Of a stretch of DNA of 64,000 nucleotides, positions 1-13,113 are shown piece after piece. Source of the stretch: Novakomyces olei (lineage: Eukaryota). A program made the translations under genes and the position numbers. The notes below the pieces were generated by a model. That model was not told the DNA's origin. It was given only the letters and a program-made list of their open reading frames with translations, and ran no database searches. The first letter of the stretch is position 1. Each line of letters opens with the position of its first letter. The stretch is taken from the NCBI GenBank assembly GCA_016906335.1, contig JADEYG010000007.1, positions 310,001 through 374,000 on the forward strand. The letters are read 5' to 3'.

Positions 1-24
1 TGTACAATCTATTTCCCGTCTTAT

Positions 25-1596
25 TCAAGACTCATCTAGTATGTAATCGGATACGTCAATGCATCTGCTAGGCCAGGATACTGGGGCGCGCAATCCCCGC
101 AGGGATACAAGGCAGCCGTAGCAAACGCTTTGCTCTAAATCTTGGCCTGGACCCTCCAAATCAAGACTAGAAAGGCTCCCATCAAAACCCTGTTCTAGCC
201 CATCCAGCCCTTGTTCCTTCTGCAGAGACAACCCCCCACTCTCCAGCGTTAACGCGGGCTCACGTACAGTCCGTGCGGGCAACCACCGTGTGGCATCTTG
301 ATCACGAAGAGCACCACACATTAGACATGTATCATTTGCCCCTTTGTCTTCTTCTTTCCGGTTGATTGCCTGTGGTAAACTCTGCCTTAATTTTGCAGTT
401 GTACGAATCACGGCAGACACTAAACTCGGGTGCGAAGTCTCCAATTGTCGGAAATAGTCTTGTGTTAACGCGTCTATACTTCCAGCGGGTCGAGAAGTAG
501 CAGTATGCGAAGCACCAAGGGGCCAGTCAGCGTCCCTCACAGAGGCATAAAGCGCAAGTTCCTGTTCTAAAACATCCGCCAACGGCCTCAAAATCCATAG
601 ATCCGAATGTTCCGGGCAACGTGCAATTACAGCAGCCTCTGTGGACAGATGCCGGCCACGGCCCATTACTGTTAATGAAAGCACACGGGCGGCTAATTCT
701 GTTCCATTGTCTGGCCATATTAATACTCGACAGCCCCAACTAGCCGCCAGTCTTGTGGAAATGGCCCTATACATTGCATCTTCTAAATCACGACGTGAAG
801 AAGCGTCCAAGCCGGCAGGCGGCCAGGCGCCCTTGTCATAATCTGCCTCCTGGACCCATAAATGGCCATGTTTACGCTCAATAATCAACTGATGAGGAGT
901 CGCAAGCGGCCGTATACAATGCACGTCAATGCTAGGATACTCTGCGCATATATTTTGTATTGCCTCCAGCTCATTGTGAGCCTCTGCACTGGTCCCATGA
1001 CCAGTCCCGCTGTTCCCCACAGTATTTGCACTGCTTTTAATCCCGCTCTCCTGCAGTACAGCGACAACGTGTACCCGAGAGAACATTGGCGAATGAGTCG
1101 CCGTGTTGCCCATACTTTGCGCATATGCAAACTGCAGCGCCAAACGAGTAGCCGCACTATCAGTCGCGACAACCATTAATTTCGGCAACGAATCTGTGTC
1201 GCGAGTACCTAGTGGAATATTCATTTCGCGACGTAAGGCTTCAAAGTTTTTGATGACTGTCCGCTCCACGTACCGCATATAACACTCGCTGCAAGGTCAG
1301 CTATTCATGCTCAATAATTTGATTGATTTGATTTGATTTGTTTTGATTTGTTTTTATTTGTTTTCATTTTTTATTTTTTTTATTTTATTTTATTTTTATT
1401 TTATTTTATTTTTATTTTTTGTTTTAATCTGTCTAATCTTTGACTTCAATTTTTTGTCAACCCGTCATTATCCATACCGGCAAAAAGCCTCCGACCTAGC
1501 TTCAATCGTTACTTTCCGCTGCTTGCACCTTTTGCACAGGGCGCCTTCGCGAACAGCCTCTGCCGCTGTCTGGCGTCTTTTTAACGGCTGCCGCAT
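25..1596 (-). CDS. NCS2: Cytoplasmic tRNA 2-thiolation protein 2 (Ctu2/Ncs2)
   Basis: Exon 1 from ATG 1596 (MRQPLK..LCKRCK..EAFCR), intron 1477-1289 (GTATGG..GCTGAC..CAG), exon 2 ECYMRY joins the ORF track. Has a degenerate PP-loop region, the 'LSLTVMGRG' and 'RPLADVLEQEL' motifs, and C-terminal CLMC/CYGC. Confidence 0.88.
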
Positions 1597-1809
1597 CACT
1601 CTTAAGCGAGTCTATGCCGTCTCTATCGAATAAAATAATTATTTTTTGCGTGTCATATGACAGTCGGGTTTTATGGATCGCGCACACTTTATAGTATAAT
1701 TAATATATAGGCTCTACTATAATCTTTTCATATCCAATAATCTGACTTTAGGCAGTACCATCATATATTAAGCCTATTATCAAACATTTAAACTGCACAA
1801 CTTTTGATC

Positions 1810-2296
1810 ATGGGCAGCGTGGGCATCCCGATCAAGCTTCTTCATGGTAAGATTACCGTTTAACACAATTGCCCGGGTTGCGCTTACAGTAAACAGAGTC
1901 TCAGGGCCACGTTGTTACGCTGGAGCTCAGTAATGGCGCCACTTATCGCGGCAAGCTTTTAGAAGGTACGAGTGCACAAAGACTGCAATATCACGACAAA
2001 AATAAGCTAATTGCCCTTCCAGCCGAGGACAATATGAATCTACAAGTTCGTGATGTTACGATTACGGCGCGCAACGGCCAAGTCAGTCATATGGATCAAG
2101 TGTATATTCGTGGCTCACATATTCGCTTTGTCATTGTGCCTGATATGCTGAGGTACGAAGCCCCGACAATTCGGCTGCTGCTAATACTTGTAGGAACGCT
2201 CCCATGTTCAAGGGCAAACCTAACAGAGGACGGGGTGCCGGCCAAGGACGTGGACTCAAACTGCTGGCTCGTGGCCGCGGGTACAGTGGACCGTAA
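1810..2296 (+). CDS. SMD3: snRNP core protein Sm D3
   Basis: Four exons splice to MGSVGIPIKLLHESQGHVVTLEL..YRGKLLEAEDNMN..IRGSHIRFVIVPDMLRNAPMF, followed by an RG-rich tail; TAA at 2294-2296. Confidence 0.96.
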
Positions 2297-2710
2297 AAGT
2301 GTTTCTGCGACAGACTTTGCCAGGCTTTTTGATATTAAATCTGTTTACTCCGCCAACAATGGTACGGGAGGCGCGTGGACGGGAAGCAACGTATGTTTAA
2401 TAGCACTAGAATATATGGAAATTAATTGAACGCCTAATATCCCACACGACTGTTGCTCGATCAGGTTTGCTTAGAGCATTTAATCTGCCCAGGCCAGTGC
2501 TTTACGCTTACACTGGATTACATTTCTACTTTGTTCACCGCTCTGCTCAAACCGACCCATTAATGCAAAGCAACAATGGGTCCGCAATTTGCCTAAATCC
2601 ATTCACGACAGTACCGTCAGCACATATTCACAGAATGTAATCAATATTGACAGGAATCTAGTTTTATGAACGCCAAAATACGCCACCAACAGCCCGGCCG
2701 GCAGCGCCTA

Positions 2711-3913
2711 CTAAAGAAAAACTTCCCACATGCTATTTTTCCCGGAAATAAGCTTGTTGCACTGGGGCACTACACATCGGCCTTTATTCGGAGTCCTGGA
2801 CTTTAGGGCCCGCTGCCGCTGGGCACAGGATCCGCAGTAGACATGCCCGCATTTTGTAACCCACACTTGTGCGCGTATAATAGTATCGTCCAGAGGTTGG
2901 GCAGAAGCTTCATTATCTTCATCTGCAGTCTTTTCCCCGTTCAATCTGGCTTGATCCGTCTCTTTAGCCTGTATGTTGTTTGCGGCAGCGCTGCCCATAT
3001 CCGCATTGCCCAACTGCCAATTACACAGAGGGCATACTAGTTTAGCTGTGGGAGCCACTTTGCGAGTATACCCGGGCGGCGGATCTGCCGGCGACTTGTA
3101 CGCCGCCTCTCGCCTTGCTATCCGCTCTGGAGAATTGGATTCACGCCTAAATTGCTGCCAAAACATATCAGTTGGTGGTGAGGAACCATAATCGTCGTCA
3201 AGTGCCATCATGCTTTCAACGTTTATTAAAGAATCATCTTCTTGCTGCTGCTGCTGCTGTTCTTGCTGCCTTCTAGAGCTTTGGCCACGTGTCCCACGGA
3301 ACCCCCAAGGCAAGTGCTGAGAAACGAGCTGCCGTAGATTATTCATCATCATTATACGCGGAAGCAGTTCTCCGTCACCAAAAGTCGAGGACCATAACGA
3401 TGACGGAGATGAAGTAATGTGGCGGCCCAGTCTCGCCTGTGAAGTATGCTGGGGCTGCCTTCGCCCATCGGCTGCACGCCGCCTCCCTGGAGGCCGTGGA
3501 GCCCAAAATATGCCTCCGCCTATTGCCAAAGGCCTTCTTTGAGAGTGCGGCTGACGAGGACCCGACCGGCTCAGCATACGCGGCCTCATATCACCATTCT
3601 GGCTCAGATCTGCTTGCGGATCTGCTTGCGTACCCGGCAGTTCGTCCACGTCGATTACTTGTGCGTCTGCGGTGGGAGCGGATCCAGAATCGCGAGCGGC
3701 AAAACGCTCGACAACCTCGTCCTCGTCGCCGGCAAAGTCCACGTCATCGTCTTCTTCCAGGCTCAAGTACTCGTCGTCCGGAACTTCATGCACAACCGGA
3801 TCATCTTGTCCCGTAGAGGTCTGCGACGAGTCTTCCGAGTACCGCTGAAGCGGCCGAGCTTCGTGTCGCTCTGCCGGCGATGAGGTAAGATCAACAACCT
3901 GAGGATCGCTCAT
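2711..3913 (-). CDS. SIM-containing RING protein, Rfp1/Rfp2/Slx5-like SUMO-targeted ubiquitin ligase subunit
   Basis: First ATG in good context at 3913 (MSDPQVVDLT). SIM-like VVDLT and VIDVDE with acidic flanks; C-terminal CPLC...CGHVYCGSC...CVVPQC RING. Confidence 0.72.
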   Translation of the reverse strand: MSDPQVVDLTSSPAERHEARPLQRYSEDSSQTSTGQDDPVVHEVPDDEYLSLEEDDDVDFAGDEDEVVERFAARDSGSAPTADAQVIDVDELPGTQADPQADLSQNGDMRPRMLSRSGPRQPHSQRRPLAIGGGIFWAPRPPGRRRAADGRRQPQHTSQARLGRHITSSPSSLWSSTFGDGELLPRIMMMNNLRQLVSQHLPWGFRGTRGQSSRRQQEQQQQQQEDDSLINVESMMALDDDYGSSPPTDMFWQQFRRESNSPERIARREAAYKSPADPPPGYTRKVAPTAKLVCPLCNWQLGNADMGSAAANNIQAKETDQARLNGEKTADEDNEASAQPLDDTIIRAQVWVTKCGHVYCGSCAQRQRALKSRTPNKGRCVVPQCNKLISGKNSMWEVFL

Positions 3914-4379
3914 GAGTAATAATGTGTGTATACGTTTGCTCCACTGCTCAAATGTATATTGCCAAGAAACGTAAATGTAAATAAAGGCTTTATGCTCCAC
4001 TGCGTTTGAAACGCGCGTCCTTTGGAAAATATTACTTTTGGGTCCGTACAGGTTTGATCTCGCCGTGTTGTTTGCCCAGTGTCGGTGTTTAGTCAGTTTC
4101 GTTTCTCGTCTCCAAACCTTTGCTTCAGTGCGAATAAGCGTGCGACTCGGGCAAAGAGAAGGCCATCGAGCCCGCTCACTGTAAACTTGCTCAGAGAAAA
4201 GACTTGTTGCACGTTAGAGCCGGTGTTTACCCACGTTTCGGCAATGTGCCTTTGCCGTTTTATGTGCTACGCGAAGGGAGATAATAGTAAAAGAAATTGA
4301 CTGGCATGGTTTTAATATAAGCAACCGACGGCAACAGCTGTCACATGTGCCTCGAAAAATTACGTTATACGTGAAAAGC

Positions 4380-4726
<347 letters not shown>

Positions 4727-5078
4727 TAGAAATTCGCCAGCGCATAACTCTATTACCCAGCAAGTATTCAACGTGTCTTTGCCTGCTTTGGATAACGTTA
4801 TCGCGCCATTTGCGGTAGTATCACTATATCTATATCGGCCAGTCACCTTGAGCGCCACCCTTTAACGTGCGTAACCTACTACTGACTCGCCAAAAGATGA
4901 AGACAAAGACGCTTTTATTCCTATAAGTGGCCAAATAATTGTACACCTGGCTCGATGTTGCAAGTCATTTTTAAGTTTCTTGTCTTTTATTATCAAGCAC
5001 GGTACCAGCTGTAATCAGGCATTAGCATTTTTTTCTACACAAAACCCGTTTCAATATTTCCTGCAGCTAAAAGCACGC

Positions 5079-7003
5079 TCAGGACGAAAGAATAGAGACG
5101 GCACCATCAAGTCCACGTAAGACCAGCGAGTGAGCCGAATCAGCCCAAGCCAAGGCAGCAACGCCCAAAGAATTGTCTTCCCGTAAGACTGTCCACGATT
5201 TACTGCTTTTTATATACTCAAAAATGCGTACACCAGCACTTCCTCCAACAGCCAAGAACTGTGCACTTTGATCCCATGCAAGATCCTCAGTGCCTGCCGC
5301 GGCTAAAGGCAGTTCATGGGCCACTATAGCCTTCCTCAAGTCCCATACACGTACCGTTGCATCCTGCTGGGACACTGCTGCCACCCAGAAGCCATTTTCG
5401 GAGAAAGCCAAAGATGAAACTGCACCAGAATGCGGCCCAAAAGTTGCCTCCAGTGCATTAGTCCGAGTATCGAAAAACTTGATACTGGCATCGTCTGTTC
5501 CCAGTGCCAACAAATGGCCATCAGGGTGGAAAGCAGCCGTCAAAATTTCCGAGTCGCATGAGCCCTTGTAAACGGTCGTTAGGGAAGAGAGATCATGAAG
5601 GGCAAACGTTTTATCTGAGCTTGCAGTCGCAGCAAGAGAGCCACAGGGATGCACAGCAACTGCAGTTACATCAGCGGAGTGAGAAGCGAGTTGGGCTGCC
5701 TGCTTATCTGCATCAAAAACTTTAACGGCACCATCAGACTCGCCGATAATCAGTAGGCTTCCAGCCCAGGCTGCTGCCGTCAAAACTTCAGCATCAATAG
5801 GAAGCGTGTAGACCTGTTTGCCTGTAGAAAGCGTATAGACGTCCGTTTCATCGAGCACTAAACCACTGTTGTTGTTAAACGCAAATGCTCCGCGAACTTC
5901 GCCCGTAGGCTTTACGCGTTGCGAAAGTGTTGTTCTCGAAATCTCTTCTTCTGTCGCCCAGCCCTCGGGTACCTTACGTTTTCGTCGAGCGGCAGAGAGT
6001 CTAGATTTTGTTAGGTTATATTCAGGAAAAATGTAGTCGTGTTGGAGAAAAGAGAAAAATTGGGGGAAAAAATATATATATAATAAAGAAAATTAAAAGA
6101 AAAAACTAGCAGAAAATCAAATTCACAACCAAACAGAAACAGCAAAGCCAGAAATAGAAATGTAATGTAATTATAGAAAAATTCGACATAATGCTGAATA
6201 AACTTACGTTTGCTGAGTATCGCTGATACGTTGCACGATGCTTTCTGGCAACTCTTCGACGCCTTCAGATCCAGCATTCTGTGAGGATGTGCCAAGTTGC
6301 ACATTTACATTCTGTAATGCTGATCGAGCCTCGTCACGCTCACGTACTAAACGTGCAATTACTCGGCACGCTGCATCGTGCTGATATAGAGCTGTAGAAA
6401 GTTCCTGCCGTGTCTGGGCAAGTTCCTGCCTCAAAGTAAACGATTCAAGGGTAATAGAGTCCCATTCGCTTTGAAATAAAGACAGCAAAGCCGGCAAAGA
6501 AGTCGCTGTTTGTGGACGCGGCCGCACGATTGAAGTCGCTAGAAGAATTTAGTATTTCATTTATCTGTGAAAATAGAATCAACAGTTGAATAATAGAGGC
6601 AAATGACGGTGAGAAAATAAGAATTGTTCGAAGCAAAAAACAAAAGGAAACCGTTGTAAAAATATAGCAAATCATGGAACACTGATCCAATATTGAATTT
6701 GATTTTCATTGGAATTCTGTGTTAATTTGGAATACTCTATTGTTCAAAACTTACTCTTCACGGGAATCAAATCCTCAAGTGACAAAGGCTCGTTAGATAC
6801 GGGATCACGGCCATTAGCCTCAATATACGCTTCAATAAGGCGTTTTTCGAACAGCGCGCCTAAACGTTAGTTTTCTTTTCGATACATGGTCGTGCTTACC
6901 GCTCTTTGATGAGACGACAGGTTCTTTAGGCGGTTCTCCAGAAACTTTGTATAGTCAGCACGATGGCTCCACAGCTTCAAATCAGCTTACGCGCACAAAA
7001 CAT
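5079..7003 (-). CDS. PRP19: Pre-mRNA splicing factor Prp19 (U-box, coiled coil, WD40)
   Basis: Five exons: [32 protein letters not shown] (U-box); '[44 protein letters not shown]'; then WD40 repeats. Confidence 0.96.
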
Positions 7004-7347
7004 GACGCTCGGGGCGTCAATTGGCCTCGATAGAAGCGCAGTTCAGTAAGGCCGCTCAATAATGACTGCCTCTGCAGATTTGTACGCACTTGTCTTTTAG
7101 GCCAATAGGTACGCGAAGGATCCAATTAGGGTTTTCTTCAGTCAATTGCGAATAATTTCTACCACAACTGTACACTTATATACTTTTGTATATCATTTAA
7201 ATTGTAGCAACTTTAATGTCACTTGACAGTGCTATACTTGGCAGTTCTTTCTGCTGTATTACAATATTCCATATAATACCGTCATATAATAACACCGTCA
7301 TATAATCATACCATTAAACTTGTATACTTCAATGCCGCCCTATGGCA

Positions 7348-7353
7348 TGACTC
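7348..7353 (+). promoter_or_regulatory. TGACTC Gcn4/CpcA-type element upstream of LEU4
   Basis: ATGACTC about 135 bp upstream of the ATG of an amino-acid biosynthesis gene; a single short match. Confidence 0.35.
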
Positions 7354-7484
7354 GAATAAATCGCATGCAAATCTAGTTGGTGGCATGAAAATTTAAAAGA
7401 CATTAAAATAAAATAAAACAAAAAACTGGGGTAAAAAATTGTTGCTGATTAACCAGCTTGATAGATCATATCGCAAGAGCAATC

Positions 7485-9227
7485 ATGCTGAAGAATCCCG
7501 CAACCAAGTACCGAGCGTTCAAGCCGCTGGAACTGAAAGCACGCAAATGGCCATCTGCAAAGATCACGAAACCTCCGCGTTGGCTGTCGACTGATCTACG
7601 TGATGGGAACCAGTCGCTTGTAGATCCGATGACTGTGGATGAAAAGCTGCTTTACTTTGATATGCTCGTGCGTATGGGCTTCAAGGAAATTGAAGTTGCT
7701 TTTCCTTCAGCTTCCCAACCTGATTTCGATTTGGTGAGGCGTCTTATCGAGGAGCCCAACCGGTGCCCTGATGATGTGGCATTGCAAGTTTTGTCTCCGT
7801 GCCGGAACGATCTTATTACTCGCACTGTGGAGTCTTTAAGAGGCAGCAAGAACGCAATTGTGCATATATACAATGCCACGTCTCCTCTGTTCAGGCGGGT
7901 CGTGTTTGGCAATACTCCAGCCCAGACGATTGAACTGGCAGTAAAGAGCACCAAGCTCGTACGTTCTCTCACAAAGGATAGCGATGACGCTGAAATGCGC
8001 AAGACGCGCTGGCAATTTGAGTATTCTCCAGAAACGTTTTCTGCTACTGAACCCGATTTTGCAATCGAGATATGTGCTGCGGTTAAAGAAGCCTGGGGCC
8101 CATCTACTGACAACCCTATTATCTTCAACCTGCCGGCAACTGTTGAAGTTAGCTACCCAAATGTTTACGCGGATCAAATAGAATACTTTTTGGACAAAAT
8201 CCCTGGTCGTGACGAAGTTGTGGTCTCCCTACATCCTCACAATGACAGAGGCACTGCCGTGGCAGCTGCGGAACTGGGTCAGTTGGCGGGTGCGGATCGT
8301 GTAGAAGGCTGTCTTTTCGCTAATGGAGAGCGTACGGGTAACGTGGACCTTGTGACCCTCGCTCTGAACTTGTATACTCAAGGCATTAACCCTGGACTTG
8401 ACTTCAACCCTATTCAACACATTATAAATACTTGTGAGAAATGTAACAAGATCGCTATCCATCCCCGCCATCCTTATGCTGGTGATTTGGTTTTCACTGC
8501 CTTTTCAGGCTCGCACCAGGACGCTATCAAGAAGGGATTTGCGGACAAGGAGCGTCGCACGGACGGAATTTGGGAAATCCCCTATTTGCCAGTTGACCCC
8601 AAAGATTTGGGAGCTACATACGAGGCTGTTATCCGGGTCAATTCACAGTCAGGCAAGGGTGGCGTCGCATGGGTTGTTCAGCAAAACATGCAGATGGATT
8701 TGCCGCGCAAGTTGCAGGTCAGTTTTGCCAAAGTTGTGCAAGGCTTGGCGGAAGCCAAAGGCCGCGAGCTTTTGTCCACCGAGATTGTCAAATTGTTCAA
8801 GGAGGAGTACCAACTGGACCCGAACTCACAGTATTTTACGCTGGAGGAGTACAGTGTCACTGATCGCAAGGGCGTCCGTGAGTTTTCTGGTAAACTGAAG
8901 ATCGCCAAAACCGGGGAGGAAATTGCGTTAGCTGGGACAGGCAATGGACCGCTTTCGTCCTTGTTAAACGCCCTTGCACCATACTTGGGACGGCAATTTG
9001 ATGTGAGCGAGTACCATGAACACGCTATTGGTTCTGGCCGTGATTCGCAGGCCGCTTCGTACGTCGAATTAGTCGACGTCGATGAGCAGCGTGACACTAA
9101 AGTTAATCGGATTAGCTCTACTGGCCAAGGAACCTGGGGCGTTGCTATCGATGACGATGTAACTGCCGCTGGTCTGCGAGCAGTCTTGTCAGCTGCTGGC
9201 CGTATCGTGAGCAAGGAATCCAATTAA
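7485..9227 (+). CDS. LEU4: 2-isopropylmalate synthase
   Basis: WLSTDLRDGNQ, FNLPATVE, SLHPHNDRG, GERTGNVDL, FSGSHQDAIKKG and IRVNSQSGKGG motifs; C-terminal regulatory domain with GNGP; intronless. Confidence 0.97.
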   Translation: MLKNPATKYRAFKPLELKARKWPSAKITKPPRWLSTDLRDGNQSLVDPMTVDEKLLYFDMLVRMGFKEIEVAFPSASQPDFDLVRRLIEEPNRCPDDVALQVLSPCRNDLITRTVESLRGSKNAIVHIYNATSPLFRRVVFGNTPAQTIELAVKSTKLVRSLTKDSDDAEMRKTRWQFEYSPETFSATEPDFAIEICAAVKEAWGPSTDNPIIFNLPATVEVSYPNVYADQIEYFLDKIPGRDEVVVSLHPHNDRGTAVAAAELGQLAGADRVEGCLFANGERTGNVDLVTLALNLYTQGINPGLDFNPIQHIINTCEKCNKIAIHPRHPYAGDLVFTAFSGSHQDAIKKGFADKERRTDGIWEIPYLPVDPKDLGATYEAVIRVNSQSGKGGVAWVVQQNMQMDLPRKLQVSFAKVVQGLAEAKGRELLSTEIVKLFKEEYQLDPNSQYFTLEEYSVTDRKGVREFSGKLKIAKTGEEIALAGTGNGPLSSLLNALAPYLGRQFDVSEYHEHAIGSGRDSQAASYVELVDVDEQRDTKVNRISSTGQGTWGVAIDDDVTAAGLRAVLSAAGRIVSKESN

Positions 9228-9435
9228 GCATGAGAGGAAAAAAGTTGTATGCGTTAGTTTTGTGAGAAATAGTTTAAAGCTTCCATCGTTGTATTAGATA
9301 ATCACATTTATACTCGGAAAATGTCAATCTCTCTTCCCAAGAGAATGAGTGGGTAGTTGGACGGGGACGTGCATAACGTGTGGAAGTTTAGTTAAACCTG
9401 TGGAAGTTTAGTTAGATGTATACGCACTTGAAGCC

Positions 9436-9987
9436 CTAATCTTCTTCATTAAACGATAGCATTTGCCGTTTTCCACGTCCAGAGACTAGACTCCTAGTTG
9501 TACCAGCATTATCTCTACGTGTTTCACTATCTTTATGGCCGCCCTGGCTCCTTGATCCAGCCCCGTCCGTGTCAGCGTCAGCGTCATCTCCAACCTTACG
9601 GGCCAAGTGCGCCCTTTTACGAAACCCTATCGTGGCAACTGCCGGGTTAGCGGTCCGCTTTGCAGCAGTTCCCACTTCTGTAGCCCTTTCCTCAGCCCCG
9701 TTTCCCGAGTCTTTTATTTCTGTCTCCCCATGTGCATCAGGCTCAGCAGGCTCCTTTTCACTATCCCTCTTCCCCTTGTGCCAATACTCTTCTGCTTGCT
9801 CTTGCGTTAAATGGCGGCCCTCCCGCAGAACAACCACGCTAGGCCGTTCGTCCTCACTATCGCTCGACGAAAACTCGGTGGCCTCCTTGCGCGGTGGCTG
9901 CCTCACGTTCCCAGCGGCCGCTTGTTTGAGTCGGCGTATAAATTCGGGCTCTTCCTGAGGCGCTGTGTATATTGAGTCTTTAACCAT
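9436..9987 (-). CDS. DUF4604/KIAA1143-like conserved disordered protein
   Basis: MVKDSIY..QEEPEFIRRLK, DEDERPSVVVL..HLT and C-terminal MLSFNEED are typical of this family. Confidence 0.75.
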   Translation of the reverse strand: MVKDSIYTAPQEEPEFIRRLKQAAAGNVRQPPRKEATEFSSSDSEDERPSVVVLREGRHLTQEQAEEYWHKGKRDSEKEPAEPDAHGETEIKDSGNGAEERATEVGTAAKRTANPAVATIGFRKRAHLARKVGDDADADTDGAGSRSQGGHKDSETRRDNAGTTRSLVSGRGKRQMLSFNEED

Positions 9988-10729
9988 AGCGACTAAAAGC
10001 GCCGTCGCCTGCGCATTGATCAAAGGGCAATTGCTTTTAAAGCGATTGATCCTCACCAAGTCTCTATGCCTGTCGCATAATGTAATAGAAATTATACTCA
10101 AATTGTGTCAGTATATAGCGCTTTTACCTATACATTTATACATAAAGTCGTCAAAAGAATAATAGTAGCGCCTTTTGCTCGCTCATACATTTTTTTACAT
10201 TTTGTTAATTTGTTGACTAATTAATGTCTGCTCAACGCAGTTAGTTATATAGTCTGGCTAGGGTTTTCTATATCTTTGAATAAATAAATAAATCAAGTCG
10301 ATCAGTTAAGGGTTTTGAGTTTATATTATATATGTGTCCTGAATCCAGTATTAGGGACAAATTATATTTCAACGCATTTTATACAAAAAAATGGTCAAAA
10401 GAAATAATAATAGCGTCTTTTAGTGACGAAAACTGAAAAAAGCTTGTGTAAATAGTCTCCACGACCGCCCATATATAAATGTAGTCTGTATCAATATAAT
10501 AATATTGTCCACAGTAAAACAATTTTCTTGTTTGCTGGTTGGTGTATACGACCAAACATTATCCATTTTTTTATTATATACCGAGCGCATCATAGTGCAA
10601 CTCGGCTCTCGAGCTTTGGCGTACAAAACGTGTCAAGAATTGGAGCGGCTGCTGTTGCGGCAGTGTTTACGTCAGACTGCGTCAGTCTTATGACTGGGTA
10701 GAGTCGAGTTTTCTTGCTGATCACAGGTC

Positions 10730-10786
10730 TGTTTTCTCAGAGGCGATAGCAAACGAGTGTTTTCTCAGAGGCGATAGCAAACGAGT
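10730..10786. repeat. Perfect 28-bp tandem duplication upstream of the KTR gene
   Basis: TGTTTTCTCAGAGGCGATAGCAAACGAG occurs twice. Confidence 0.95.
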
Positions 10787-10871
10787 CGCCTTCCAAAGCA
10801 TAGTGAAGCTGGGAAAGATCAGCACGGAGTGGAGGCCCGCCCGCGGCCGAGCGGCGGGCGGCAGCGGCCGT

Positions 10872-12381
10872 ATGGCGGCTGCCTTCACGGCTATATCCGC
10901 GCCAGTACGCGCTGCGTGGCGGCGTAGGGTTCGTGTGTATGGCCACATTACTGTACCTCTTTTGGTGCCGTTAGTGTTCCTCTTGTTTACCCTCTATGTG
11001 CTCCTGTTCCACAGAGGTCATGGGCCTGGAAGCTCTCCCTTCAGTCCCGCTACTAAGGGCCATTTTCGACCGATCGCAACAAAGCACGATTTCCCCTTTG
11101 TCGAAGGCTGCCGTGATCCTGTACGCGAGTCGCAGCGGTACCAACGTGCTAATGCTACTTTTGTCGTGTTGGCCCGAGACAGCGAGCTTGATGGGGTTTT
11201 GCATAGTATGCGCTCGCTGGAACGGAGATTTAACCAGTGGTTCAATTACCCATACGTTTTCTTGAACGATAAGCCCTTTGGCGCAGAGTTTCGCGAGGGA
11301 GTCCAAAACGCAACCAAGGCACACTGTGAATTTGGTGTAGTCGGGCCTGAAATGTGGGGATATCCGGAATGGGTCGATGTGGATGACGTTAAGGAGCACG
11401 TCGCTGAGCAAGGCGATCGGGCCATAATGTACGGGGGCCTGGAAAGTTATCACCACATGTGTCGATTCTTTTCCGGTTTCTTTTTCAACCATCCTCTGCT
11501 GCTCAAATACGAATGGTACTGGCGTGTAGAGCCTGATGTCACTTTTTTCTGCGACATCACCTATGATCCTTTTGTATATATGGCTCAGAACGATAAAACG
11601 TACGGGTTCGTAATAGCTATTCGGGAGCTGCGGGAGACTGTACCAAACATGTTTCGGTATGCCTCCTACTATCGGCGCAAGGCAAATATCACATCTAAGG
11701 GGCTATGGGAAATGTTTCTGGAAGACCAGCCTTGGCCGCAAAAGAAAGGTGCCAAGGCTGAGCCAAAGACCCCTGCCGCAAACGAAGACGGGTCTGCAAA
11801 ACTGCCTATTGATGTATTGAAATCGCGGCCAGCTTCAGAACTGCCGCCCATAAAGCCTGACGCTATTTTTGGGGAAACTTACAACATGTGCCATTTCTGG
11901 AGTAACTTTGAAATCGGACGTTTCGACTGGCTGCGTACTAAAGAATACAAAGACTTTTTCGATACTATGGATAGATCCGGAGGATTTTGGCATGAAAGGG
12001 TAATTTTTGAATGATTTTTTTTCTTCTTTTTTCGCGTTCGTTTTCCTCTTTTCTCTTCTTCTTTTATTCTGCGTTGTTCTATTTTCAATGCCTTTTAATC
12101 TGGTCTATAGTCTCTTTTTACATTCTCTATTAACCGTTTCATCACGCTAATCTTGTAAGTGGGGCGATGCTCCTATCCATTCGCTGGCAGCCGGCATTTT
12201 TCTTTCGCCAGCGCAAGTGCACTATTTCAGGGATTTCGGGTACCAGCACACAGATATCCAGCATTGCGGATCAGATTTTGGATGTCGTTGCGACTGCCCG
12301 TCTGATCCACCAGAGGTCGAGACAAAAGATGGATCCTGTATCGATGACTGGGTGCGTGTGATGGGAGGCTACTTGGATTGA
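10872..12381 (+). CDS. GT15 (Kre2/Mnt1/Ktr family) mannosyltransferase, Ktr5/7-like
   Basis: Type II anchor; NATFVVLAR, YPYVFLND, SYHHMCRFFSG, WYWRVEP, YNMCHFWSNFEI; intron 12000-12159 joins ER|WGDAPIHS; TGA at 12379-12381. Confidence 0.93.
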
Positions 12382-12848
12382 TGTGATGCACGTTTTGAAC
12401 TAGACTTTTCGCATAGATCTCTGACCCGGTTTTGCCGGGACCAATCATTTACTCGTCAATCGCTGCGCTATTATTTAGAGGCTAAAATATTTAAAATACG
12501 CGCATGGAGCCGCAATTTACGTGAGCTTTCTCCTTCTCTTCATCAAGGCCCACAGCGGCCGAATTTCAACATGGCTATGGCCGTATATTGCAAGCATGAG
12601 GGCATAGACTACATGAATTCATAGCAGATTCAATCGCTAGCCTTGCCCATAATTTTCTTTTAGTGTATCCGTTTATATTTAATTCTACGGCGTACACCAT
12701 GGACAAATCACAAAGCAGAATGCAGCATTGTCTCATTTACTGATTTAGCCATTCTCAAGTCACAAATTAAGCTGCAAGATTCTTGCAATCGCCCTGTCGT
12801 ATCGGTGAGGCCCCGTCCATCTTGCTCTGAGACCAATCTCCACAGTGC

Positions 12849-12924
12849 ATTGTATGTATATTGTATGTACATTATTGTATGTACATTATTGTATGTACAT
12901 TATTTTATGTACATTATTGTATGT
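12849..12924. repeat. 14-bp minisatellite (ATTGTATGTACATT-like), about 5 imperfect copies
   Basis: Seen directly in the intergenic DNA. Confidence 0.9.
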
Positions 12925-13113
12925 GTATCGTATGTGGAGCAATTGTATGATAAACGCAGTAAACTCTAACTATCAGATTCGTACTGATAACTATAGCGTA
13001 ATACCGTAATTAGCGGAGTTACAAGGCAAAGGCGCTGGAAGCGGCGGCAGAGACAGTCCTGACAGCGTCGACAGCTCGAGCAATCTCTCCTAAAATCGTG
13101 TGTAAAGCTTACA

